Below are positions 52,901 to 63,763 of a stretch of DNA of 64,000 nucleotides, one piece after another. A program made the position numbers and the translations under genes. The notes under the pieces were generated by a model. The model made no database searches and was not told the origin of the DNA. It saw only the letters and a list, made by a program, of their open reading frames with translations. Origin of the DNA: Heptranchias perlo (Eukaryota); contig NW_027139176.1 in the NCBI RefSeq assembly GCF_035084215.1, positions 558,001 to 622,000 of the forward strand, read 5' to 3'. Each line of letters begins with the position of its first letter. Positions within the stretch are counted from its first letter, which is position 1.

Positions 52901-54036
52901 TTAACTAACAATGGTCATTGGTGCCCATTAACTAACAATGGTCATTGCTGTGCATTAACTAACAATGGTCATTACTGTCCATTAACTAACAATGGTCATT
53001 GGTGCCCATTAACTAACAATGGTCATTGCTGTCCATTAACTAACAATGGTCATTACTGTCCATTAACTAACAATGGTCATTGGTGCCCATTAACTAACAA
53101 TGGTCATTGCTGTCCATTAACTAACAATGGTCATTGGTGCCCATTAACTAACAATGGTCATTGGTGTCCATTAACTAACAATGGTCATTGGTGCCCATTA
53201 ACTAACAATCGTCATTGCTGTCCATTAACTAACAATGGTCATTGGTGCCCATTAACTATCAATGGCCATCGGTGTCCATTAACTAACAATGGTCATTGGT
53301 GTCCATCAAATTACAGTGGTCATTGGTGTCCATTAACTAACAATGGTCATTGCTGTCCATTAACTAACAATGGTCATCGGTGTCCATTAACTAACAATGG
53401 TCATCGGTGTCCATTATCTAACAATGGTCATTGCTGTCCATTAACTAACAATGGTCATTGGTGTCCATTAACTAACAATGGCCATCGGTGTCCATTAACT
53501 AACAATGGTCATTGGTGCCCATTAACTAACAATGGCCATCGGTGTCCATTAACTAACAATGGCCATCGGTGTCCATTAAATAACAATGGTCATTGGTGCC
53601 CATTAACTAACAATGGTCATCGGTGTCCATTAACTAACAATGGCCATCGGTGTCCATTAACTAACAATGGTCATTGGTGCCCATTAACTAACAATGGTCA
53701 TTGGTGCCCATTAACTAACAATGGTCATTGGTGCCCATTAACTAACAATGGTCATCGGTGTCCATTAACTAACAATGGCCATCGGTGTCCATTAACTATC
53801 AATGGTCATTGGTGCCCATTAACGAACAATGGTCATTGGTGTCCATTAACTATCAATGGTCATTGGTGCCCATTAACTAACAATGGTCATTGGTGTCCAT
53901 TAACTATCAATGGTCATTGGTGCCCATTAACTAACAATGGTCATTGGTGCCCATTAACTATCAATTGTCATTACTGTCCATTAACTAACAATGGTCATTG
54001 GTGTCCATTAACTATCAATGGTCATTACTGTCCATC
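49919..54036. repeat. 27-bp minisatellite AATAACAATGGTCATTGGTGTCCATCA, interrupted by a LINE at 50717-51718
   Basis: Unit read directly; the right part switches to the TTAACTAACAATGGTCATTGGTG(C/T)CCA variant. Confidence 0.98.
50717..51718 (+). mobile_element. Family-B LINE, RT core to 3' tail, inserted in the 27-bp array
   Basis: GVPQGSVLGP (GGTGTTCCTCAGGGCAGTGTCCTGGGCCCA), MFADDCTVF, YKAQVRSVMEYS; family-B tail. Confidence 0.93.
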
Positions 54037-54171
54037 CAGATTAACGCTTGGCTGTCATTGTGAATTTGGATCTCTTTCCTCGTTTCTTCATTTTGTTTGG
54101 CCGTTCTGCCCATTCAAACACCGACCTATCGGCTGCTGGGAGACTCCCAGTGGAGAGAACTGACAGCTATT

Positions 54172-54179
54172 ATTTGCAT
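54172..54179 (+). promoter_or_regulatory. Octamer motif ATTTGCAT upstream of the candidate TCR V leader
   Basis: Exact 8-mer about 120 bp 5' of the ATG at 54299. Confidence 0.3.
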
Positions 54180-54298
54180 ATTGCACGTTCATCCATGTTC
54201 GTGTTCAGATGAGGACCATCGCGATCTTTGGAAATAATACATTTCTTGTATGTGCAGCGTATACTTCCGTCAGTGGAGAACTTGAACAAAGTTTGAAC

Positions 54299-54380
54299 AT
54301 GCTTTATAATTACCAGTGTGCCTTATGGACCATAACAGTACCCGTCAAAGTGTTATTTTTCCTGGTATTTGTTCTGCCGA
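54299..54380 (+). CDS. Candidate leader (signal peptide) exon of the TCR V segment: MLYNYQCALWTITVPVKVLFFLVFVLP + A
   Basis: Hydrophobic core VLFFLVFVL; phase 1 donor A|GTAGGT matching the phase 1 V acceptor; lies in the nearest non-repetitive block upstream of V; start codon uncertain. Confidence 0.45.
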
Positions 54381-54659
54381 GTAGGTATTTCATGAGATTG
54401 TAATAATTGTTTTGTTTATTAATTGTATTTATATTTCTCCTCCAATGTTTCTTCTTCCCACTGATGACGGCGCTGCCGAATTAATGGGCGGTTCCTCGGG
54501 CTTTGACCTCCGGTCAGTGAGTGTCCGCGGACTATTCCAATTAGCCGGAGCATGGCCGGTGACTGTACACACGGGAGACCCACCAAGGAGCATGTTCCCG
54601 CGGGAGCGGCAGGCTGGGCTGATCATCATTCCCCTTCCGAGACACTGAGACCAATACTA

Positions 54660-54772
54660 CCGTCCACAGCCCCATCCTGACTGGGATCAGCTAACTGAGG
54701 GGCTGAAACTTTGGAGCTTCCCATTCTGTTTTTCATTGGCAGTGCAGTTAATAGCTGAACCAGAGGGACCTC
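54660..54772 (-). mobile_element. Possible tRNA-derived SINE head relic
   Basis: Minus strand reads CTCAGTTAGCTGATCCCAG, resembling the GAGTTAGCTGATCTCAG motif I recall from ancient vertebrate SINEs. Confidence 0.3.
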
Positions 54773-54778
54773 GCTATT

Positions 54779-55398
54779 TGTGTGTCTGTGTGAGAGAGGC
54801 TGTGAGAGAGAGGCTGTGAGTGAGTGTATGTGTGTGTGTCTGTGTCTGTGTATGAGTGTGTGTGTGAGAGGCTGTGTGTGAGTGTATGTGTGTGTGTCTG
54901 TGTCTGTGTATGAGTCTCTGTGTGAGGGGTTGTGAGTGAGTGTATGTGTGTGTGTCTGTGTCTGTGTATGTGTGTCTGTGTGAGAGGCTGTGTGTGAGTG
55001 TATGTGTGTGTGTCTGTGTCTGTGTATGTGTGTCTGTGTGAGGGGNNNNNNNNNNNNNNNNNNNNNNNNNNNNNNNNNNNNNNNNNNNNNNNNNNNNNNN
55101 NNNNNNNNNNNNNNNNNNNNNNNNNNNNNNNNNNNNNNNNNNNNNNNNNNNNNNNNNNNNNNNNNNNNNNNNNNNNNNNNNNNNNNNNNNNNNNNNNNNN
55201 NNNNNNNNNNNNNNNNNNNNNNNNNNNNNNNNNNNNNNNNNNNNNNNNNNNNNNNNNNNNNNNNNNNNNNNNNNNNNNNNNNNNNNNNNNNNNNNNNNNN
55301 NNNNNNNNNNNNNNNNNNNNNNNNNNNNNNNNNNNNNNNNNNNNNNNNNNNNNNNNNNNNNNNNNNNNNNAGGCTGTGTGTGAGTATGTGTCTGTGTC

Positions 55399-55434
<36 letters not shown>
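54779..55434. repeat. Compound (TG)n microsatellite containing an N gap (55046-55370)
   Basis: TG/TCTG/GAG low-complexity tract. Confidence 0.97.
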
Positions 55435-55435
<1 letters not shown>

Positions 55436-55482
55436 TTTTCAAATGTTCGGTCTGAAGTATAAAATTTCTTGATATATAAACG

Positions 55483-57158
55483 TTCTATTGCTAAGGTCTA
55501 TTGATAAGCTCTATTGATAAGCACTATTGATAAGTTCTATTGATAAGCTCTATTGATAAGCTCTATTGATAAGCTCTATTGATAAGCTCTATTGATAAGT
55601 TCTATTGATAAGCTCTATTGATAAGTTCTATTGATAAGCTCGATTGATAAGCTCTATTGATAAGTTCTATTGCTAAACTCTATTGATAAGCTCTATTGAT
55701 AAGTTCTATTGATAAGCTCTATTGATAAGCTCTATTGATAAGTTCTATTGATAAGCTCGATTGATAAGCTCTATTGATAAGTTCTATTGCTAAGCTCGAT
55801 TGATAAGCTCTATTGATAAGTTCTATTGATAAGCTCTATTGATAAGCTCTATTGATAAGCTCTATTGATAAGCTCTATTGATAAGCTCTATTGATAAGCT
55901 CTATTGATAAGTTCTATTGATAAGCTCTATTATTAAGCTCTATTGATAAGTTTATTGATAAGCTCTATTGATAAGTTTATTGATAAGCTCTATTGATAAG
56001 TTCTATGGGAGGACCCTAGGCAAGACAGAGGGTCAGAGGGATCTTGGTGTGCAAGTTCACAGATCCCTGAAGGCGGCGGAACAGGTAGATAAGGTGGTAA
56101 AGAAGGCATATGGGATACTTGCCTTTATTAGCCGAGGCATAGAATATAAGAGCAAGGAGGTTATGATGGAGCTGTATAAAACACTGGTTAGGCCACAGCT
56201 GGAGTACTGTGTGCAGTTCTGGTCGCCACACTACAGGAAGGATGTGATCGCTTTGGAGAGGGTGCAGAGGAGATTCACCAGGATGTTACCAGGGCTGGAG
56301 CGCTTCAGCTATGAAGAGAGACTGGGAAGATTGGGTTTGTTTTCCTTGGAGCAGAGGAGGCTGAGGGGGGACATGATTGAGGTGTACAAAATTATGAGGG
56401 GCACAGATAGGATGGATACTAAGGAGCTTTTGCCCTTCGTTGAGGGTACTATAACAAGGGGACATAGATTCAAGGTAAAAGGCGGGAGGTTTAGAGGGGA
56501 TTTGAGAAAGAACTTTTTCACCCAGAGGGTGGTTGGAGTCTGGAACTCACTGCCTGAAAGGGTTGTGGAGGCAGGAACCCTCACAACATTCAAGAAGCAT
56601 TTGGATGAGCACTTGACATGCCACAGCATACAAGGCTACGGACCAAATGCTGAAATATGGGATTAGAGTAGACAGGGCTGATGGCCGGCGCGGACACGAT
56701 GGGCCGAAGGGCCTCTATCCGTGCTGTATAACTCTATGACTCTATGACTCTATGACTCTAAGTTCTATTGATTAGCTCTATTAATAAGCTCTATTGATAA
56801 GTTTATTGATAAGCTCTATTGATAAGTTCTATTGATAAGCTCTATTGATAAGCTCTATTAATAAGCTCTATTGATAAGTTTTATTGATAAGCTCTATTGA
56901 TAAGCTCTATTAATAAGCTCTATTGATAAGTTTATTGATAAGCTCTATTGATAAGTTTATTGATAAGCTCTATTGATAAGCTCTATTAATAAGCTCTATT
57001 GATAAGTTTTATTGATAAGCTCTATTGATAAGCTCTATTGATAAGCTCTATTGATAAGTTTATTGATAAGCTCTATTGATAAGTTTATTGATAAGCTCTA
57101 TTGATAAGCTCTATTAATAAGCTCTATTGATAAGTTTTATTGATAAGCTCTATTGATA
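55483..57158. repeat. 13-bp minisatellite ATAAGCTCTATTG, about 70 units, interrupted by a CR1 at 56007-56758
   Basis: Unit read directly; variants AGTTCT and AGTTT. Confidence 0.98.
56007..56758 (+). mobile_element. Young 5'-truncated CR1 insertion with apparent 10-bp TSD TAAGTTCTAT
   Basis: Uninterrupted ORF2 C-terminus nearly identical to the element at 37691-42070; (ACTCTATG)n tail; TAAGTTCTAT at 55997-56006 and 56759-56768. Confidence 0.95.
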
Positions 57159-57181
57159 ACCTCCTGTTACTTTGTTTACAG

Positions 57182-57489
57182 ACCCCAGCCGGCAGGACGC
57201 CCTTTCCCAAGTTCCTTCATTAACAGCAGTGAGTGAAGGAGATACTGCGGTGTTTCCCTGTAACTACCCCGCCACATACACATCCGCCAACCTATTCTGG
57301 TACGTACAGTACTCGGGAGAGGGCCTTCAGTATATGCTGGTCAGACACACCGCTGGAAATGAACAGAACGCACCGGCCTTTGAAAAGCGCTTTTCTGCCG
57401 TACAGGACAGAAGGAACAAAAACATCCCTCTAAACATCACAAACACACAGCTGTCTGACTCCGCCGTGTATTACTGCGCGGCCATGTAG
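57182..57489 (+). CDS. T-cell receptor alpha/delta-type variable (V) gene segment exon, germline
   Basis: Acceptor CTCCTGTTACTTTGTTTACAG (phase 1); V-set hallmarks EGDTAVFPC (first Cys), LFWYVQ (Trp), RFS, LxI, DSAVYYCA (second Cys); followed by an RSS. Confidence 0.92.
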
Positions 57490-57528
57490 CACCGCGTTAC
57501 ATGAACCTTCGACACCAGTACAAAAACT
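57490..57528 (+). other. 23-bp-spacer V(D)J recombination signal sequence
   Basis: Heptamer CACCGCG (57490-57496), 23-nt spacer (57497-57519), nonamer ACAAAAACT (57520-57528). Confidence 0.92.
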
Positions 57529-57585
57529 AACAGTTCCAGGTCTTGCACGTTTTTTGAATTCCCCTCCTTTACTATCCCCCCGTCC

Positions 57586-57999
57586 NNNNNNNNNNNNNNN
57601 NNNNNNNNNNNNNNNNNNNNNNNNNNNNNNNNNNNNNNNNNNNNNNNNNNNNNNNNNNNNNNNNNNNNNNNNNNNNNNNNNNNNNNNNNNNNNNNNNNNN
57701 NNNNNNNNNNNNNNNNNNNNNNNNNNNNNNNNNNNNNNNNNNNNNNNNNNNNNNNNNNNNNNNNNNNNNNNNNNNNNNNNNNNNNNNNNNNNNNNNNNNN
57801 NNNNNNNNNNNNNNNNNNNNNNNNNNNNNNNNNNNNNNNNNNNNNNNNNNNNNNNNNNNNNNNNNNNNNNNNNNNNNNNNNNNNNNNNNNNNNNNNNNNN
57901 NNNNNNNNNNNNNNNNNNNNNNNNNNNNNNNNNNNNNNNNNNNNNNNNNNNNNNNNNNNNNNNNNNNNNNNNNNNNNNNNNNNNNNNNNNNNNNNNNNN
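57586..57999. other. Assembly gap or masked run (N)
   Basis: N characters. Confidence 0.99.
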
Positions 58000-58519
58000 T
58001 GGGCGCCGCATTCCGTCTACACGTGGGACAATGTGCTGTTTTCCAGAGGATTCAGTGAACGATTCCCTGTGTGTGTGAAACACCCGAGTGGAAGATTACG
58101 GCCACTGCCAGTTACATAAAGAGTTATTGCGGCAAAAAGTAATTTTGTTCCAAATACTTGGATTTTGTTTTGGAAACTCAAACACTAATTGAAAACAAAT
58201 AATAAAAACGACTTTTCTACAAATACGCATGAAGTCTGCATCAGACTCAGTCTGTGAAAAGTGAAGGGTGAAAGAGGCGCAAAACAGGGCGTCTCAGGAA
58301 AGATCACTCGAGACGGTAAAGGCGCGAGTGAGGATTTTGTCAGCGCCCGGAGGGAGGCGGAAGTTCGGGGCGCAGCAAATCGCCGTGTAACTGATGTATT
58401 GTTACTATCGGTGCAGACAGATCACAGAGATAATTCAGTCATTAGACTATAAGAATCGATAATATTTGCTTCTCAGTACCGCACGGAGGCGAACGGCCTG
58501 TTTCATCCCGGCACGCACA

Positions 58520-58825
58520 ACATGAAGGATATAATAGCCTAGGAGAAGGGCTTAGAGGGTTAAATTATCAGGACACATTGTATAAACTTAGTTTGTATTC
58601 CCTTGAGTTTAGAAGATCAATGGATGATCTAATCGAGGTGTTTAACATATTAAAGAGGTTTGATAGGGTAAATGCGGAGAAGCTTTAATGGGGACTTGAC
58701 CTTAAAGTCAGAGCTCGGCCATTCAAGAGCAAAATCAGGAAGCACTTTTTCACACAAAGGCGAGTGAAAATTCGGATCTCTCTGCCCCAGTAGACTGTGA
58801 ATGCTGGGACAAAATTGGAGCTGGA
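58520..58825 (+). mobile_element. Highly decayed CR1 3' fragment
   Basis: CTTGAGTTTAGAAGA...GATCTAATCGAGGTGTTTAA...AAGCACTTTTTCACACAAAG. Confidence 0.65.
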
Positions 58826-59229
58826 AAGAAAGAAAGAGAGAAAGAAAGAGAGAAAGAGAGAAAGATTCCCATTCCCTTTTCACGTTGGAACCCATTCCTT
58901 AAGCCCCAGTTTCCCTTCCTCATACAAACTACAGGATATTAAAACACGAGTTTGGGATCACCCAAACTCCACTTCCTTATTGAACTGTGCCGTGCTGTCC
59001 AAGCCTGGGCCTTCTCCTCGGCTTCTTAACGCAAAACTCAATTCACTTTTCTCAAGCACAAAACCACACGCTCCTCCGCGTTTCACCCAATTTTAATATT
59101 CCAACACATTCTCTTCATCAGGCTTAATTTTTAAAATTGATACCGATTATATAACATACGATACGCCAATTTAGCACAAACGATACAAAAGACACGTTGG
59201 TCGAAGCCATCTGAGCGGGACGGAGGAGT

Positions 59230-60107
59230 TCAATGAGGCAGAGGGATTACAAAGGGATATTGATAGATTAGGTGAATGGGCAAAACTGTGGCAAATGGAA
59301 TTCAATGTAGACAAATGTGAGGTCATCCACTTTGGATCAAAAAAGGAGAGAACAGGGTACTTTCTAAATGGTAAAAAGTTAAAAACAGTGGATGTCCAAA
59401 GGGACTTAGGGGTTCAGGTACATAGATCATTGAAGTGTCATGAACAGGTGCAGAAAATAATCAATAAGGCTATTGGAATGCTGGCCTTTATATCGAGAGG
59501 ACTAGAGTACAAGGGGGAAGAAGTTATGCTGCAGCTATACAAAACCCTGGTTAGACCGCACCTGGAGTACTGTGAGCAGTTCTGGGCACCGCACCTTCTG
59601 AAGGACAAAATGGCCTTGGAGGGAGTGCAGCGCAGGTTTACTAGAATGATACCCGGACTTCAAGGGTTAAGTTACGAGGAGAGATTACACAAATTGGGGT
59701 TGTATTCTCTGGAGTTTCGAAGGTCAAGGGGTGATCTGATCGAAGTTTATAAGATATTAAGGGGAACAGATAGGGTGGATAGAGAGAAACTATTTCCGCT
59801 GGTTGGGGATTCTGGGAGTAGGGGGCACAGTCCAAAAATTAGAGCCAGACCTTTCAGGAGTGAGATTAGAAAACATTTCGACACACAAAGGGTGGTAGAA
59901 GTTTGGAACTCTCTTCCGCAAACGGCAATTGATACCAGCTCAATTGCTAAATTTAAATCTGAGATAGATAGGTTTTTGGCAATCAAAGGTATTAAGAGAT
60001 ATGGGCCAAAGGCAGGTATATGGAGTTAGATCACAGATCAGCCATGATCTTATCCAATGGCGGAGCAGGCACGAGGGGCTGAATGGCCTACTCCTGTTCC
60101 TATGTTA
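59230..60107 (+). mobile_element. 5'-truncated CR1-type LINE
   Basis: Open ORF2 C-terminus MEFNVDKCEVIHFG...WNSLP; tail CCTGTTCCTATGTT. Confidence 0.93.
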
Positions 60108-62554
60108 CTAGAGGGAGTGCGTCATCTTGATACTGAGAATAAATGATGCATTTTTTTTACAAAAAACCTAAATCAATATTTGTTCATTTGCTCCAACCGT
60201 CACGTGTTTTTTTTAAAAAAACTGATCATTTTGTTTGTGCAGAGTAAATAAATTGTTAACGTTAGATGTGGATATCACCTTAAATAACTTGGTTTTTAAC
60301 GGGTCCGTTTTTACAACTTCCAGCTCATTCTGGAATGTCACACCACAATGATCAGGGCAGTGAGGGAGATGATAGGGCCCAGCTCATTGCTCCATATAGA
60401 CCTGCCCCTACCCTCCTCCCTTCCCCAAACGGCACCCAGCTCACTTCTGATTCATTCCACATTTTTCCGACCACTCCTAAATGGCGAAGGCCATTCTTCC
60501 TATCCGCCATTGGTTATTTGACATCGCTCCACGACTTGCCTTTTCCCAGTTTGGAGCTGCGTTTCCTTTCTTGCAGCAATGGTCACTATGGAATCACATG
60601 TACATTTCTCATTTAAAGAGCGGCGTTTCTTTATCCTCTCACTGCTTTAGCCGCCAATACCTTTGATAACTAAATGAAACAAAATATATTTTTAAAAAAT
60701 TGTATCAATGTTTTCACTGGTGGAATTCCAACTGTTTTGAATGAGTCCCTGTGGAGTTTTCTGTCTCCCGAAAGTCATCCCGAGCATCCATTATATTTCA
60801 CCTTAAGAATTCGGATGAATTCTACATATCTGGACTTCCTTAAGTGGCATGAATTTGGAATAATAATAATAAAAGTTTTGAGGAACATATTTCAATTACA
60901 ATTAAAAAAAACTACTTTACCAACGCATGTAACATTTTTTAAAACGCGGTGGTGTGTTTCTATGAAGGAAATTACGTTTTGAGGTGAAAACATTGAGATA
61001 TTCCGAAAAAAACTGACTAACAAGGAGGAATAACCTTAAAATTAGAGCTAAGCCATTTAACGATCAGGAGAAGTGTAGTGGAAGTCTGGAACTCTCTCCC
61101 CCAAAAAGTTGTTGATGCCCGGTCAAGTTTCCTGCGTCCAAATTCTCCACAAGGGTTAAAATCTTAACGATTTCTATCAAGTCTTCCCTCGTGTTAATCT
61201 TTCACTATTTACCGTCTAATGGTTTTTTTAAATGTCGAACACTATTCATGTTCCGGGAAATGCAGCCTCAGCTTTTCATATTTCTCTTCAGGACTCTATC
61301 CCCTTGCCTGGTTCAATCTTAATTAATCTACTTTACATTATTTGCATGGTTTCAATATTCTCTTTATAATTAGATCGCCAAAAATTAACACATCGCTTGA
61401 CATGCGGCGTCACCAGTGTTGTGCAGATACTGGGTCATCATTTATGCATCATCCTCATCATCTTCACCCTACAATTGTCCTATTTTACCTTCGCTCTTAT
61501 TTCTGGCTCCAGTCAGTTGGAGATTGAACGCTGCCGTTGGAACCGGAAGTGGTTCCCCCAACCTAAGCGAGCGCCCTCCACCTGCACCTGTATTGAGCTG
61601 AGGTACCTGAGACCGCAACTGTCACCCTCAGGTTACAGCGCCAGTGAGAAACTCGGTCTCATTGAATGATTTCAACACAACCTCAACGGTTAAAGAAAAC
61701 ATTAACGGTTCACATTTGCTCAGTTGTTTGAAGTGGGAAAGTGGGCGTTTGTCGAGCTAGTTTCACAGGTAAATGTCACAGAGCGGGAGTGAGATACAAC
61801 AATTCGTCCTGATCAGCAGGTGGCAAATTGAAATGTATCCACAGGGAAACTCGGTCATTGAGATGTGCCTTGTTTATTTTTGGTGAAATTCAGCCAGGAC
61901 CCTAAAAATCCTGGTGCCTCACGGGGACAGAACTCCAAGAGGGAAAAGTGCAAAAATTACACAAATATTTCCTCCAAGTTCAGACTTTCTGCTGCACTCA
62001 TTAATAGGCCTTTTTACACAGGAGAAATTGGTAAACTTTAATGTTCTAATCTTAAATCAACCAATTTTAAAGGTCATATTTTGGAACTGTGTTGGCGGTT
62101 TCAGCAGGTTCACACACACGGAGAGCGAAATAGGATATTGTAAATTGATGCCTTAGAATCATTCCCATCTTTCCTTCGAAATAAAACCCTGTCTCCGTGC
62201 AGATTCACGCTCCATTCAACAAAACGCGGCTGCAACTCAATACATCACTGATTGGTCAGTGGATCTGGACCGGAAGTGTAATCTGTTCTATACCATGTTC
62301 GAGGGGGTCAAACTGGTCTTAGGCGGCAGAGCAAAACGGCAGAGCTTCCCGTGTCACAGCCCGCTCGATCACGGGCTTGGGCTGGGATCCTGTATCGGTG
62401 GGGTGATCCGTACCCCTGGAGACCACCGGCCTTTCTTCCTCCACATTCCCGGACCACGGGAACCTTCACTTTACCAGATTTTCCGTGCTCAGCCCTCCTC
62501 GCCCACCACGGCCCGCCGCGATTCTGCTCTAACGATTTATCCCTCTTCTGGGCC

Positions 62555-62855
62555 CATCTTTTGTTTCTATACTTGTCCCATTACCACCACCTTGGACATT
62601 GCTCTATCATCACTTTTGTCATTAAATTTTCTCCTGCCCTCCAGCCTATCACAGACCTTTCGCTTCTGTACTTTTTCTGCCCCCTTTTCCCTGACTCTGT
62701 ACTTACTTTAAAGCCGTTCATCTCTAACATCTTCCAGTCCTGATGAAAGGTCAACGACCTGAAACATTAACTCTGTTTCTCTCTCCACGGGCTCTGAATG
62801 ACCGTTTCTACAATTTTATGCTTTTATTTCAGATTTCCAGCGGTATTTTGCTTTG
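62555..62855 (+). mobile_element. Penelope-like element terminal fragment
   Basis: Pyrimidine-rich tract, then CTGATGAAAGGTC..GACCTGAAAC and TTTCAGATTTCCAGC, a pattern I recognise from fish and shark PLE termini. Confidence 0.65.
62735..62775 (+). ncRNA. Degenerate minimal type I hammerhead ribozyme
   Basis: CTGATGA (62740-62746) + A + stem II AGGTC-AAC-GACCT + GAAAC; stems I and III carry mismatches. Confidence 0.55.
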
Positions 62856-63524
62856 ATGAAATGTTCCCGCCATCTTTAGTGCACCATTAAATAGAGCGAC
62901 CAAAGGAAATCTCCCTCAGTATATGATTTTAAATATTAACATTGGAATCTCGAGTTTGCTATTAATATAATCAACAAGACGGGGAATAATTTTGATGGTG
63001 ATCTTATAAAGATCTAATTCTTGTTTCATGATTATGCTGAAATTTGCTGTGTACTGGGGCTGTCTGTTTCACTTCAATGATGATAAATATTGATACAATA
63101 TCAGCCTGAACATTGATGTTGGTGAGATACGTGGGCCAATGATTAAGACCGCGAACATTCCCGTGCCTACTGTTTCAGCGGAGGCGTTAATCCATTTGAG
63201 GGGATTGAGTGAAGGCCTGGATTAACGAATGTCATCCCGGAGCCTGAATTATTCATCGTGCAGTTTTGCGCTGTATACTCCTAAATTCAGAGAGCCTGTT
63301 GGCTGTCCTTATTCTGAAATAGTTCAATGTTTACCAACTCTAATTTTCAGATATTGAGGCATAAAATCACGATCCATCTTTCAATCCTGTGATGTTCATC
63401 TGTTGTGCTGTCCTCTATTTAAACAATGGAGTCTGAAATTACAAGAAGGGTCTTTAATTGCAATCGCTTGTCTGAATTGTTCTTCTATTTTAGCGGAAAT
63501 GTTAACCCACTTATTTTATTCCAG

Positions 63525-63610
63525 ATGGTCTGAATTGGACAGCTCTTTCAAGAGCCGGCACAGGCACGACAGGCCGAATGGCCTCTTTCTGTGGTGTAAG
63601 ATTCGATGAT
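63525..63610 (+). mobile_element. Short CR1/HE1-type 3' tail fragment
   Basis: AGCTCTTTCAAGAGCCGGCACAGGCACGACAGGCCGAATGGCC. Confidence 0.7.
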
Positions 63611-63763
63611 TTTAATTCCTCTACTAAATTAGTGGAAGAAATAAATTCAGATAACCCTCGGTCCCTGTAACCGAGAGGGATATTCTCACCACCAATTGTT
63701 ACAGCCCCCCAGTTAGAACCGTGAACCGGGACCGCCGTGAACATCAGAAAGGATTCCCCACTT

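Noticed and set aside
54325-54364. Alternative phase 1 mini-exon MDHNSTRQSVIFP
   Set aside because: Not hydrophobic and has a weak donor; unlikely leader
1-57158. CRISPR-like reading of the tandem arrays
   Set aside because: Units are contiguous with no unique spacers, there are no cas genes, and the context is eukaryotic
57182-57489. Assignment as NAR-TCR supporting V-delta, IgH V or IgNAR V
   Set aside because: No extra non-canonical Cys and no upstream NAR V/D/J seen; the framework (LFWYVQ, DSAVYYCA) fits a conventional TCR alpha/delta V better, though alpha vs delta use cannot be determined
45191-58083. ORFs containing long X runs, and the lone G at 45559
   Set aside because: Artefacts of N gaps; uninterpretable
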